A stretch of DNA of 39,852 nucleotides, from positions 1 through 39,852 of the IMG/VR virus record IMGVR_UViG_3300037467_000579; one strand, given 5' to 3'. The notes under the pieces were generated by a model, which saw nothing but the letters and a program-made list of their open reading frames with translations, was not told where the DNA came from and did no database searches. The translations under genes and the position numbers were made by a program. Each line of letters opens with the position of its first letter. Position 1 is the stretch's first letter. Of the stretch, positions 7,084 through 15,554 are shown piece by piece. This DNA comes from a virus. Its lineage: Duplodnaviria; Caudoviricetes.

Positions 7084-7272
7084 TTGAATTCCTCCGCCCT
7101 CTCCCGCCTCCAGCCTGGCGAACTCTGCATCGTCGTCCTGCACGATGGTTCGCAGCGGGAGGGCTCATGGAATCCAGAGGCTCAGCGCTTTGACTTCAGT
7201 GATGGGAATGGCGAAGGCTACGTGCTGGCCTCTGATGTCTATGAGTGGTGGCCGGCTGGGGTGAGGTTTTGA
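7084..7272 (+). CDS. Hypothetical protein (62 aa)
   Basis: Globular-looking ORF but TTG start and no clear RBS. Confidence 0.45.
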   Translation: MNSSALSRLQPGELCIVVLHDGSQREGSWNPEAQRFDFSDGNGEGYVLASDVYEWWPAGVRF

Positions 7273-7483
7273 GGGGTGGGTGCCGTTGATAAGCAACAAA
7301 CTCACTACATCAAATAAATATTCCTGTCAATGCTAGTTTTTGAGTATGATTATGTATGTCGGCATCCAAAAAAGACCACAAGGCGTTTGGAACTGCCGAT
7401 GCGCTACTGGGAACTAAGATAGTGAGTGCTCTCAGTAGGAACGCAGATGGGAGTTTATCAACCTTCACGCTCGGGAGAAAAAA

Positions 7484-7519
7484 ATGTCTTACTTGTTCAA
7501 CGAAGGATGGGATGGCTGA
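7484..7519 (+). CDS. Putative 11-aa micropeptide MSYLFNEGWDG
   Basis: GGGAG RBS at good spacing; stop 3 nt before the next ATG. Confidence 0.4.
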   Translation: MSYLFNEGWDG

Positions 7520-7522
7520 TAT

Positions 7523-8032
7523 ATGGATTGCAGCCAACCAATAAAAACAATTGGCTGGTTTGGTGAAACCTGGGGCTTCTGGATACAAACAGGAGCCTTT
7601 ATTTTGTCAGCATTGGCTGGCGTAGCGGTCATCTACTATAACGCTGCGTTAGCTCGCACAAGAGCCACTATCGATCTCATCATTCACCAGAAGGCAGACA
7701 AAGAGCTTCTTGCTGCCGTAGAGAAGGTGTATCAGATGCATCGAGACAAAATTCAGTTCAGCATGTATGCGGATAAGCATGATTCGGAGGAATGCAAATG
7801 CATTCTCCGGGTTTTGAATAATCATGAATTCATTGCACTGGGGATCCGCCAAAAGGCCTTTGACGAGAAAATCTATAAGCTGATGCAGTTCTCAAATGTG
7901 ATGAAGGTTTGGAATGCATCTCGCGGAATCATTAGCGAGATCAGGCAAGCGCAACAAAAAGATACCTTGTTTCAAGAATTTGAGTGGCTAGCACGTCGGT
8001 GGAATAAAGATCCAATCAAAAAAATTACTTGA
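7523..8032 (+). CDS. DUF4760-like membrane-anchored moron protein
   Basis: N-terminal TM helix, RATIDLI, VLNNHEFIALGI..AFDE..Y, FQEFEWLARRW; low GC. Confidence 0.75.
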   Translation: MDCSQPIKTIGWFGETWGFWIQTGAFILSALAGVAVIYYNAALARTRATIDLIIHQKADKELLAAVEKVYQMHRDKIQFSMYADKHDSEECKCILRVLNNHEFIALGIRQKAFDEKIYKLMQFSNVMKVWNASRGIISEIRQAQQKDTLFQEFEWLARRWNKDPIKKIT

Positions 8033-8050
8033 GTGCCAACATCGCCAATC

Positions 8051-8296
8051 AAAGCCCGCCATTCCCGGCGGGCTTTTCATTTGCAACTTCTCATCAATGA
8101 GAACCCAGCCGGCCCCTGAGCCGGCTTTTTAACGTCCGCGCCTTTCACTTTCACCATATGATGAAAATCCCAGCCCGCCCCGAGCGGGCTTTTTAACGCA
8201 CTCCCCACCTCTCTCTCACTTTTTACCCATATGGGGAAAGCTTCCCTTCCTCGGCGCATACGCTGAGCAGTCCTGACCGCTTCAGGCGGTTTTTTG
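8051..8296 (+). terminator. Cluster of four intrinsic terminators
   Basis: GC stems plus U tracts at 8051-8077, 8107-8130, 8172-8194, 8275-8296. Confidence 0.85.
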
Positions 8297-8331
8297 TGGC
8301 TGTTGTGCGCACAAGAAAATATTTTCTTCAT

Positions 8332-8375
8332 TTATCGGAATTCCGCTTGACATGTTTAATCGGTTCTCCGATAAT
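8332..8375 (+). promoter_or_regulatory. pL promoter with OL operators
   Basis: TTGACA(8347)-17-GATAAT(8370); 8332-8348 is the exact reverse complement of OR site 5298-5314; second site AATCGGTTCTCCGATAA (8358-8374). Confidence 0.92.
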
Positions 8376-8419
8376 CATTACATACCGCAACACATCGCAG
8401 CAACAACGGGAGAGAAGAG

Positions 8420-8692
8420 ATGGAAGCGAAACATACAGCGACGAAGTTTGAGGATGGAGACTATTGGTACACCCATCGCCACGAACTCGCGCCCGAACAA
8501 GTATTCCGACTGCGCGATGGCTCGCTCGTCAAGTTGGATCGCAGCGTTCCCGGTGACGGCACTAAATGGTACGTCGCGGATTGGTCGAATGGCTGGTCCT
8601 ATGAAGACAGCACGATCGAACCCGGCGATCTGCGCGGTGAACCGATCGATGACAACCCAGCCGCCCTCGCCAAAGAAGGCGCCACACCCTAA
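8420..8692 (+). CDS. Hypothetical protein, first pL gene
   Basis: GGGAGAG RBS, acidic 90-aa ORF. Confidence 0.75.
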   Translation: MEAKHTATKFEDGDYWYTHRHELAPEQVFRLRDGSLVKLDRSVPGDGTKWYVADWSNGWSYEDSTIEPGDLRGEPIDDNPAALAKEGATP

Positions 8693-8737
8693 CCGCCCAT
8701 CACCAACCCGCACCCCTCGCCCAGCAGCGAACAAAAG

Positions 8738-8890
8738 GGAGGGCGAACTAGCGGGGAAAGTGGATGGGAGCTGAAACCGTAATCAGCAATCGGCGGCACT
8801 GATAGTAGCGCTTAAGTGCCCTCTTCGTTAGTCGCCGATGTTTGAGAGCTAGCCAGCTTTACAGGTCATGCCGGTGGGAGGCCGGCACTA
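8738..8890 (+). ncRNA. Candidate structured RNA element 1
   Basis: Intergenic; stems GCTGA/TCAGC, ATCGGCG/CGCCGAT, GGCACT/AGTGCC, TGCCGG/CCGGCA. Confidence 0.4.
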
Positions 8891-8910
8891 ATTCAACCAA
8901 GGAGAGAAAA

Positions 8911-9354
8911 GTGAATTTCAAAATTGAAGTCGATGATTTTTGGCTTGACGAAGAAGAGCTGAACGCAGCCCTTAAAGATCACATCACAAAGAGCGTTGTT
9001 GTGCAAATTTCCAAAAGCATAGAGCAGCGAGTGCAAACAGCAATAACAACCCGTGTCGATGCAGTGATCAAAGAGAAGGTCGCAAAAATCATCGACGAAC
9101 AGTTATCCGAGCTTGTGAATAACGGCGTCATTTTGGTTGACAAGCAAGAGAAGAAAATCGTCGACCACGTTCGCGGAATTTTTGAGCGGAATATGGGTTG
9201 GAGCAGCCCGCACGATCAGATTTCGCGCCTTGCCGAAGCCTTCGGCAAGGATCTGAAAGCCAGATTTGATGCCGCATTCGCAAACAGGATCGTGGTGAAG
9301 CTCAACGAGCAAGGAATGCTGAAAGACGAAGTTGTGAAGCTGCTTATTAATTGA
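8911..9354 (+). CDS. Hypothetical helical protein
   Basis: AAGGAG RBS, GTG start. Confidence 0.75.
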   Translation: MNFKIEVDDFWLDEEELNAALKDHITKSVVVQISKSIEQRVQTAITTRVDAVIKEKVAKIIDEQLSELVNNGVILVDKQEKKIVDHVRGIFERNMGWSSPHDQISRLAEAFGKDLKARFDAAFANRIVVKLNEQGMLKDEVVKLLIN

Positions 9355-9359
9355 TTCTG

Positions 9360-9602
9360 AGTCTCCCTGGTGCTCGCTTGTCGGGCCATCTCCCGCACGA
9401 AACGCGGGGCTAACACAGAAGCGCAGCAGTATGGACTCGATATGGGTTGTTGCGCACCTGCACGTGGAGTCCGCTTCTGTGTTGGCAAGCCGCATGACTG
9501 GATCTGTTCGGCTAGTACCCGGACCGCGCTAAGCCGGTAATACCGCCATCAGGCCACCGTCCCGGATAGCGCGAAGCTGTGAAGGTAGCCCGGTTTGTCA
9601 AC
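9360..9602 (+). ncRNA. Candidate structured RNA element 2
   Basis: 15-bp stem 9409-9423/9472-9486 with internal alternative pairings; nested CGCGCTA/TAGCGCG domain downstream. Confidence 0.45.
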
Positions 9603-9620
9603 ACCCATTAACTCAGGAGA

Positions 9621-9923
9621 GTGAGCATGAACGAAAAATTAGAGCCGGGCAAAGAGATTGAAATTCCAGGTTTCATCGTGTCATCGGAATACGGGTTCAT
9701 AACATGGTCGGAATCAGATATGTCTGCGCACGATTACTCGGTGGTTATGCGGCACACCCTGAAATTCACGGTGCCGGCTGAATTCAATCCTGTTGCCGCA
9801 GAAGTGGCTGCACTTGAAAAGAAGCTTGAAAAAACTACGGAAGATCACATGCAAACGGTTCGCCGCATCAAGGGCCGCATTCAAGAATTGCTGTGCATCG
9901 AAAACAACCCGAGCGCCGCATGA
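9621..9923 (+). CDS. Hypothetical protein (C-terminal coiled coil)
   Basis: AGGAG RBS. Confidence 0.75.
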   Translation: MSMNEKLEPGKEIEIPGFIVSSEYGFITWSESDMSAHDYSVVMRHTLKFTVPAEFNPVAAEVAALEKKLEKTTEDHMQTVRRIKGRIQELLCIENNPSAA

Positions 9924-10018
9924 CCCGCTGCGAACTCTTCTTCTGGTGCGCCCTGTTCACTGCTGGCGTTTTGATGATTGCTAACGTTGATTTTCTTGCG
10001 GGAGTGTTTGCGCGATGA
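9920..10018 (+). CDS. Small hydrophobic peptide (32 aa)
   Basis: MTRCELFFWCALFTAGVLMIANVDFLAGVFAR; ATGA overlaps at both ends. Confidence 0.55.
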   Translation: MTRCELFFWCALFTAGVLMIANVDFLAGVFAR

Positions 10019-10242
10019 GCGATACAGATAACGGTGGGCCGGCTTTTCCAACGCATGAGTTTCACCACAACCAAATGATGCCGGTTGGCGGGATGACGCT
10101 TCGTGATTACTTCGCGGCGAAGGCGATGCAGGGCTATATCGCTAGCCATTCAGGACCGGAATGCTGCACTCCTGACTATGAGCAAACGGCACAAGAATCA
10201 TACGCATTTGCAGACGCCATGCTAAAGGCTCGCCAACCATGA
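10015..10242 (+). CDS. Conserved phage protein (GGPAFP / GMTLRDYFAAKAMQG / ADAML family)
   Basis: Characteristic motifs of a common phage early protein. Confidence 0.85.
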   Translation: MSDTDNGGPAFPTHEFHHNQMMPVGGMTLRDYFAAKAMQGYIASHSGPECCTPDYEQTAQESYAFADAMLKARQP

Positions 10243-10334
10243 CCCTATTTTCCACCACCGACTACTTCGCTCGGCACCAGCGTCTGTGCCTTGCATTGAT
10301 TGCTGCATGCATTTTGATTGCGGGGGCTTTATGA
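10239..10334 (+). CDS. Small hydrophobic peptide (31 aa)
   Basis: MTLFSTTDYFARHQRLCLALIAACILIAGAL; ATGA overlaps at both ends. Confidence 0.55.
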   Translation: MTLFSTTDYFARHQRLCLALIAACILIAGAL

Positions 10335-10669
10335 GCGAGAAACAGGCGTGTTGCGAAAAAATCTGGCGTGGATTCGGATTTGATCCAAAGCCATGCGGAA
10401 GGACTGCGAAAGTTGAGCGCGATGGTAAGCCATTCTGTGGAATGCACGATCCAGTCGCCCGTAAAAAAAAGCAAGCCGCTCGCGATGCCGTGTTCTACAA
10501 AAATATGAAGGAAAAGGCACGGGTTAATCGCATAAGGCATGCCGCGCCCGATCTGCTGGAAGCGCTGCAAGCCCTGTACGGCGCTGTTGATAGTTGTGTT
10601 GAGCTGACGCCGGCCGTCATGCAGAAAGCTCGCGCCGCCATCGCCAAAGCAACAGGAGAGCAGCCATGA
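10331..10669 (+). CDS. Hypothetical phage protein (C/C/C/H cluster plus AAPDLLEAL motif)
   Basis: Common AAPDLLEAL...ARAAIAKATG C-terminus. Confidence 0.75.
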   Translation: MSEKQACCEKIWRGFGFDPKPCGRTAKVERDGKPFCGMHDPVARKKKQAARDAVFYKNMKEKARVNRIRHAAPDLLEALQALYGAVDSCVELTPAVMQKARAAIAKATGEQP

Positions 10670-10881
10670 AGCAATCCAACGCAATCAGCCTTACCGAACT
10701 CGGCGCCCTATCGCTGCAACGCCCTGCCCGTGCTTTGCGCAACTGGTGGCTTCGCCGTGCAGAGCGCCATTACCTGATCTGCGCTGACGTCGAAATGCAG
10801 CGCGTGCGTGAAGCGCAAATGAACGTAGCGCATTACCAGAAGCGTGCAGCGCTGGCGCGGTCTGAGCAGGTGAACAAATGA
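10666..10881 (+). CDS. Hypothetical protein (71 aa)
   Basis: AGGAG RBS, ATGA overlap. Confidence 0.7.
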   Translation: MKQSNAISLTELGALSLQRPARALRNWWLRRAERHYLICADVEMQRVREAQMNVAHYQKRAALARSEQVNK

Positions 10882-10976
10882 CCCGCATACCAACATCCCG
10901 CGCTGGCCGCCTGCTGCGTGTTGTGCGGTTGATTGTGCGAAGGTGGAAGCGGTAACTAAATACAACGGAGAGAACA

Positions 10977-12068
10977 ATGGCTTTATTCAAACCAGCAGAG
11001 CACACGCAAGCCTTTTTGAAGGCTGGCTTCATGGGATTGGCCGGTGCAGGGAAAACGCACACGTCCGCGAATATCGCAATCGGCTTGATTGAATATCTGC
11101 GGGACCATGGCATCGAGTACGCCGAGAAACCAGCCTACTTCCTCGACACGGAAACTGGCAGCGACTACGTGAAGCCGCTATTCGACAGGGCCGGAATCAA
11201 GATGATGCAGGCAAAGACACGTTCCTTTGCCGATCTTGTTCCTGCCGTGCTGGAGGCCGAGAAGGAAGGAAGTCTGCTGCTGATCGACTCCATCACGCAC
11301 TTTTGGACCGAGTTCACCGAGTCCTACGCGAAGAAGCGCAACCGTCGCCGTGGCCTTGAATTCCAAGACTGGGCATTCCTTAAAAGCGAATGGCGCAGGT
11401 TCACCGATGTCTACGTGAATTCATCCCTGCACATCATCATGTGTGGCCGCATGGGCTACGAATACGACTTTTTCCAGAACGAGGAAAACGGTAAGAAGGA
11501 ACTGGAAAAGACCGGCGTCAAGATGAAGGCAGAAACGGAAACAGGCTATGAGCCCTCCATCCTCGTGCTGATGGAGCGGCAAATGGAGTTCGACAGCAAG
11601 CGTCAAGTGCGCCGCGCTTATATCTTGAAGGAGCGCTTCAACGTTATCGATGGGGCCGAATTCACGAATCCATCCTTCAAAGATTTTCTGCCGCATATCC
11701 AGTTGCTGAACCTCGGTGGCAAGCAGCTCGGCGTTGATCTGACCCGCAACAGCGAAGGGATCATCCCGGAAGCCAACAGCAACAAGGATTGGAAGTATCG
11801 CGAAGAGCAGCGGGAAATCTTCCTCGAAAAGACGCAGAACCTGATGACTGAGCACGGCATTTCCGGGCGCTCTGACGCCGGGAAACAGCGCGTCATTGAA
11901 CTTCTGAAAAAGCACTTTAAAACCAGCTCATGGCGCGAAGTGGAAAGCTACAACCTAGACCAGATCAAGGCGGGCTTCGACACGCTGCACCACGAATTGA
12001 ACGGCTCGTACTACTTCGAGAAAGCCGCTAATGCCGCAGAAATTCCGGCGGAAGACATTCCTTACTAA
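10977..12068 (+). CDS. P-loop ATPase, Sak4-like recombinase (AAA_24 type)
   Basis: Walker A GLAGAGKT, LDTETGS, Walker B LLLIDSITH; upstream of ssb. Confidence 0.8.
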   Translation: MALFKPAEHTQAFLKAGFMGLAGAGKTHTSANIAIGLIEYLRDHGIEYAEKPAYFLDTETGSDYVKPLFDRAGIKMMQAKTRSFADLVPAVLEAEKEGSLLLIDSITHFWTEFTESYAKKRNRRRGLEFQDWAFLKSEWRRFTDVYVNSSLHIIMCGRMGYEYDFFQNEENGKKELEKTGVKMKAETETGYEPSILVLMERQMEFDSKRQVRRAYILKERFNVIDGAEFTNPSFKDFLPHIQLLNLGGKQLGVDLTRNSEGIIPEANSNKDWKYREEQREIFLEKTQNLMTEHGISGRSDAGKQRVIELLKKHFKTSSWREVESYNLDQIKAGFDTLHHELNGSYYFEKAANAAEIPAEDIPY

Positions 12069-12088
12069 CGATTTCAAAGGACAGTGCA

Positions 12089-12286
12089 ATGGACAAGTTC
12101 TGGCTCGTTTGGTGCGTTGAAGGTGGCGCACCCACCTACAAACACATGGACCATGAAAGCGCATGCAATGAAGCAGAGCGTCTTGCTCGCAACAACCCCG
12201 GCAAGCGATTCGAGGTAATGGAGCGCGTCTCTTCGGTCATCAAACAAGATGTGCAATGGGAAGGCTTGCAGCCTCTCCCGTTTTAA
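12089..12286 (+). CDS. Hypothetical protein (65 aa)
   Basis: FWLVW...PTYKH...EAERLAR..PG..F motif; AAGGA RBS. Confidence 0.75.
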   Translation: MDKFWLVWCVEGGAPTYKHMDHESACNEAERLARNNPGKRFEVMERVSSVIKQDVQWEGLQPLPF

Positions 12287-12295
12287 GGAATAGCT

Positions 12296-12733
12296 ATGGC
12301 ATCAGTCAACAAAGTAATCATCGTCGGAAATCTCGGACGCGATCCAGAAACCCGCTACATGCCGAGCGGCGACGCCATCACAAACATCGCAGTCGCCACA
12401 ACGGATAGCTGGAAAGACAAGGCTACCGGTGAGAAAAAAGAGCAGACCGAGTGGCATCGGATCAGTGCGTTCGGCAAGCTGGCAGAAATCATGGACCAGT
12501 ATCTGAAGAAGGGTTCGCAGGTGTACATCGAAGGAAGCCTTCGCACGCGCAAGTACACGGACAAGGACGGTATCGAACGCTATGCCACCGAGATCCGGGC
12601 CGACTCGATGCAGATGCTTGGAAGTCGTCCCGGTGGGAATGATGGGAGCACGCCAAGTCCGCGAAACGACCCGCCGCCGTCTTCGCGCCCTGCGCCGAAC
12701 TTCAGCGACATGGACGACGACATCCCGTTCTAA
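12296..12733 (+). CDS. ssb: Single-stranded DNA-binding protein
   Basis: [21 protein letters not shown]-terminal DDDIPF. Confidence 0.98.
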   Translation: MASVNKVIIVGNLGRDPETRYMPSGDAITNIAVATTDSWKDKATGEKKEQTEWHRISAFGKLAEIMDQYLKKGSQVYIEGSLRTRKYTDKDGIERYATEIRADSMQMLGSRPGGNDGSTPSPRNDPPPSSRPAPNFSDMDDDIPF

Positions 12734-12804
12734 CCACTTCGGCCCCTCGCGGTAAATGTCCGCCATAAGGCGAGCTGCGACGGGGCCACCCAAAGGGAGG
12801 CAGC

Positions 12805-12969
12805 ATGCAACCGACGAAAGAAGAAGCAGAAGACGCCCTGGCTGAATACGACGCATCGTACCGAGCAGGCGGCGAAATGGAATACCCGCAATGGGCTGCT
12901 GATCTGCTGAAAGCGATTGAAGAAGCCGAGCGATTTACTGAGCGCGTGAGTGCGCTGGGAGAGAAATAA
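12805..12969 (+). CDS. Hypothetical protein (54 aa, MQPTKEEAEDALAEY...)
   Basis: Read manually; GGGAGG RBS, stop adjacent to the next ATG. Confidence 0.65.
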   Translation: MQPTKEEAEDALAEYDASYRAGGEMEYPQWAADLLKAIEEAERFTERVSALGEK

Positions 12970-14130
12970 ATGACCACTGACCGCAACAAGCTGGCAATCG
13001 CCGCACTTGAGGATAGCAACGAACTTTTGCGCACAATCACCGATGACGGCGTTGAGCAATCGCTTGCACAGATTCACGACAACCTAAACGTTATCGAACT
13101 TCTGCAAGCACAGGGAGAGCCGCACCCATGGGCTGCATTCCTTGCTGCTCGCGCTAATGTGATCGACTGGATGTGGGACGACAAAGAGCATCCACGCACC
13201 TGCGCAGAAATCGCAGAAGCCCTGTCAATGGATCAAGTACAAGTTGCTACGATCCGCATGCGTGATCGGGCATTGGATAGGCAGCCGAAGCATGTCGGCG
13301 CCCCCACTCAGGTATTGGAACAGATCGCAGAGCGCCGCATTGCATTGAATCCAGAATATGACAGCGGGTGGCATGCAAAGGAATACGGTGAAAGCGAAAC
13401 GCCGCAAGCGGAAGGGTTCGGAGCGACACCTGCCGAAGCTATCCGCTCTCTCAAGCGCCCATCGCAGGCGCAAGAGCCGCAGCAGTTCGACCCACTTGCC
13501 GTGCGCGAGTTGGCAAAGAGCTTCCGTGAAAACCCGCGTGAGGCGTCGCTGACAGAGCAAGCGATGTTGCGACAAGCCGCTGCTGCATCGGTATCTGGCG
13601 CAGTGGATGAGCTGCCGCCGCTGCCGGATACGGATATTGATGGCGTTCACGTCGATGGGTATTCATTGACTGCGGTGACTGCAATTCAGCGTGAAGCCTA
13701 CGAACTTGGACTCTCCCGCGCCCAAGCAACGCAACCAGCGCAGCAAGCGCCAGCGGTGAGCGATGAGCATCCGCAACGAATTGCGACGCTGACCAAACAG
13801 CGGGACGGCTGGAAGGAAGAAGCTGAAAAGCTACGTCAGGACTGCGCTGATCTTATGAGCCAGATTGATCTTCGCACGCGGCATCAACGAAACGATGTTT
13901 GGTATTGGCAGGGTGACGGCGAGGACTATCCAGAGTCCATGAGCAACAGCATGGCAGTCGTCATCAGGGCGGATCAATTGCGCGCCCTTCTCTCTCGGCC
14001 AGCCGCAGCGCCAGTAAGCGAGCAGGCCGTGCAGCAGTTCACCGCTGCTGATGCACTTCGGCAGCGCCCGCATATGCAGCACCTGAATGCCGCCCCATCC
14101 AATCAATCTCAGGGAGGCGACAAGCCATGA
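12970..14130 (+). CDS. Mosaic hypothetical protein (Ea/Ead-region type)
   Basis: Long ORF with A/P/Q linkers between short modules. Confidence 0.7.
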   Translation: MTTDRNKLAIAALEDSNELLRTITDDGVEQSLAQIHDNLNVIELLQAQGEPHPWAAFLAARANVIDWMWDDKEHPRTCAEIAEALSMDQVQVATIRMRDRALDRQPKHVGAPTQVLEQIAERRIALNPEYDSGWHAKEYGESETPQAEGFGATPAEAIRSLKRPSQAQEPQQFDPLAVRELAKSFRENPREASLTEQAMLRQAAAASVSGAVDELPPLPDTDIDGVHVDGYSLTAVTAIQREAYELGLSRAQATQPAQQAPAVSDEHPQRIATLTKQRDGWKEEAEKLRQDCADLMSQIDLRTRHQRNDVWYWQGDGEDYPESMSNSMAVVIRADQLRALLSRPAAAPVSEQAVQQFTAADALRQRPHMQHLNAAPSNQSQGGDKP

Positions 14131-14843
14131 GCGAGCCAAAGGACAAAGCAGAATATGGAGAAGACGTCGTTGTCCTGCCAGTTATGGTTTTTAAAAAGCA
14201 TGGCACGGCGCAAAACTATATCTCCGAACTCGAACGCCAGCTCGCGGAGCTGAAGAATGCATTACCCGCCGACCTCATGCCATCTATTCGGCGACAAGCT
14301 GATATTGAACGTGAGAACGCCGAGCTTCGGCAGCAGCTTGCAGCATCGGCAGGTAAGACTGCCGCGACAGTGCAGCCGGTAGAAAAATCAACAGCAGATC
14401 ACTCATTAGATTCGGCGCTGCTGCAAATGAAGGGCATGTACTCATTGATGATGGAGTTCAAGGTTCCGCCCGCAAGGGCGGCCAATACCGCAGCGCACAT
14501 CGAGAGCGCGATACGACATCTGCATCGATTGGCTTCCGCCGCAGCGCCGCAGCCACAGGCAGCGCAGAGCGAGGACAGCCGGGATGCGGTGCGTCTCCCG
14601 CCTTTCAATGCCGACGTTGCAGAAATTCTCGGAAGACTGTGCTTTCAGTGCATACGCATTGCAGAACTTCTTCGCGCCGGTGGCCAGAAAATCGACTCGA
14701 GAGCAGAGGCAGAGCAAGCAGCTGTTATCTACTGGATGCTCGACTTATATGCCAAACACGGCGCCTCATGGAGCGCGAAGGGCGATGAAATCCTAAGGGG
14801 CTTCGCCGCACTCGCGCAATCCAGTGAAGGGAAGAAGCCGTGA
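14127..14843 (+). CDS. Mosaic hypothetical protein
   Basis: GGAGG RBS, ATGA overlap. Confidence 0.7.
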   Translation: MSEPKDKAEYGEDVVVLPVMVFKKHGTAQNYISELERQLAELKNALPADLMPSIRRQADIERENAELRQQLAASAGKTAATVQPVEKSTADHSLDSALLQMKGMYSLMMEFKVPPARAANTAAHIESAIRHLHRLASAAAPQPQAAQSEDSRDAVRLPPFNADVAEILGRLCFQCIRIAELLRAGGQKIDSRAEAEQAAVIYWMLDLYAKHGASWSAKGDEILRGFAALAQSSEGKKP

Positions 14844-15073
14844 GCGGAATGTATGCAGCGACCATCAGCGAAAACAAAAAGGAAGCGCGGCGTAGGCTAA
14901 GAATGGCCGAGGCATCGTATGCAAGCCTGAAAAACAAGGATTCGCTCTATGCGCGAGAACACGTTGCCTTGATCGAAATTTATAAAAAGGTGTGCGCTGT
15001 CTACGATGCCTCGCCTTCTGAAATCGAAATCATGAATGGAGCCATAAGCCATGACCCAACCCACACACCTTGA
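14840..15073 (+). CDS. Hypothetical protein
   Basis: GTGA overlap with the upstream gene. Confidence 0.6.
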   Translation: MSGMYAATISENKKEARRRLRMAEASYASLKNKDSLYAREHVALIEIYKKVCAVYDASPSEIEIMNGAISHDPTHTP

Positions 15074-15554
15074 CCTTGATGCTTTGCAGGCGGCAGCGGA
15101 CGAATTTCATGAGTTTCTGAATGAACCGCTAGGCGACGAAAAAAATCTCACGGTGCGCGAATACCGCAGTTCTGTCTATCAAAAATGGATAAAGATTGAT
15201 CAGGGCATAAGCGCCATGCTAGACAGGCTGCGCAAGGCAGAGGCGGCGCGGGATGGCCGACTAGCAGGGCAAGCGCAGAAATGCCTGCCGCATGGTCTCC
15301 GCTACCAGATGCCGCCGCTCGAACTGACCGGGCACCAAGTGATGCTCTTGGCCGCGATGGCACAAGATGCAGATAGCTTGGATGCTGTGTGGCAGATCAA
15401 AGAGTTGGAGCCGAAGTCTGCACTTCATGACGGTGAGGCATGCCACGGTGGTATTGCTGCAATAACCGATGGGCAGCCTGGCTGGGCCTTACTAAATGCC
15501 GCCCCAGCCAGCACGCCTACTGACAGCGCAGATAGCGAAGGAGCGAAGGGATGA
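15051..15554 (+). CDS. Hypothetical protein (Ead/Ea22-like N-terminus)
   Basis: LDLDALQAAA...AMLDRLRKAE pattern; GGAG RBS. Confidence 0.65.
   Translation: MTQPTHLDLDALQAAADEFHEFLNEPLGDEKNLTVREYRSSVYQKWIKIDQGISAMLDRLRKAEAARDGRLAGQAQKCLPHGLRYQMPPLELTGHQVMLLAAMAQDADSLDAVWQIKELEPKSALHDGEACHGGIAAITDGQPGWALLNAAPASTPTDSADSEGAKG

Noticed and set aside
7356-7544. 62-aa ORF upstream of the DUF4760-like gene
   Set aside because: No RBS and unremarkable sequence; the internal 11-aa ORF has better signals. Not fully excluded, since it could be leaderless
8051-8296. CRISPR mini-array
   Set aside because: Only two degenerate units, terminator-like with U tracts, irregular spacing, no cas genes
8790-8845. 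Hammerhead ribozyme suggested by CTGATAG
   Set aside because: Core needs CUGANGA plus a correctly placed GAAA; these are not present
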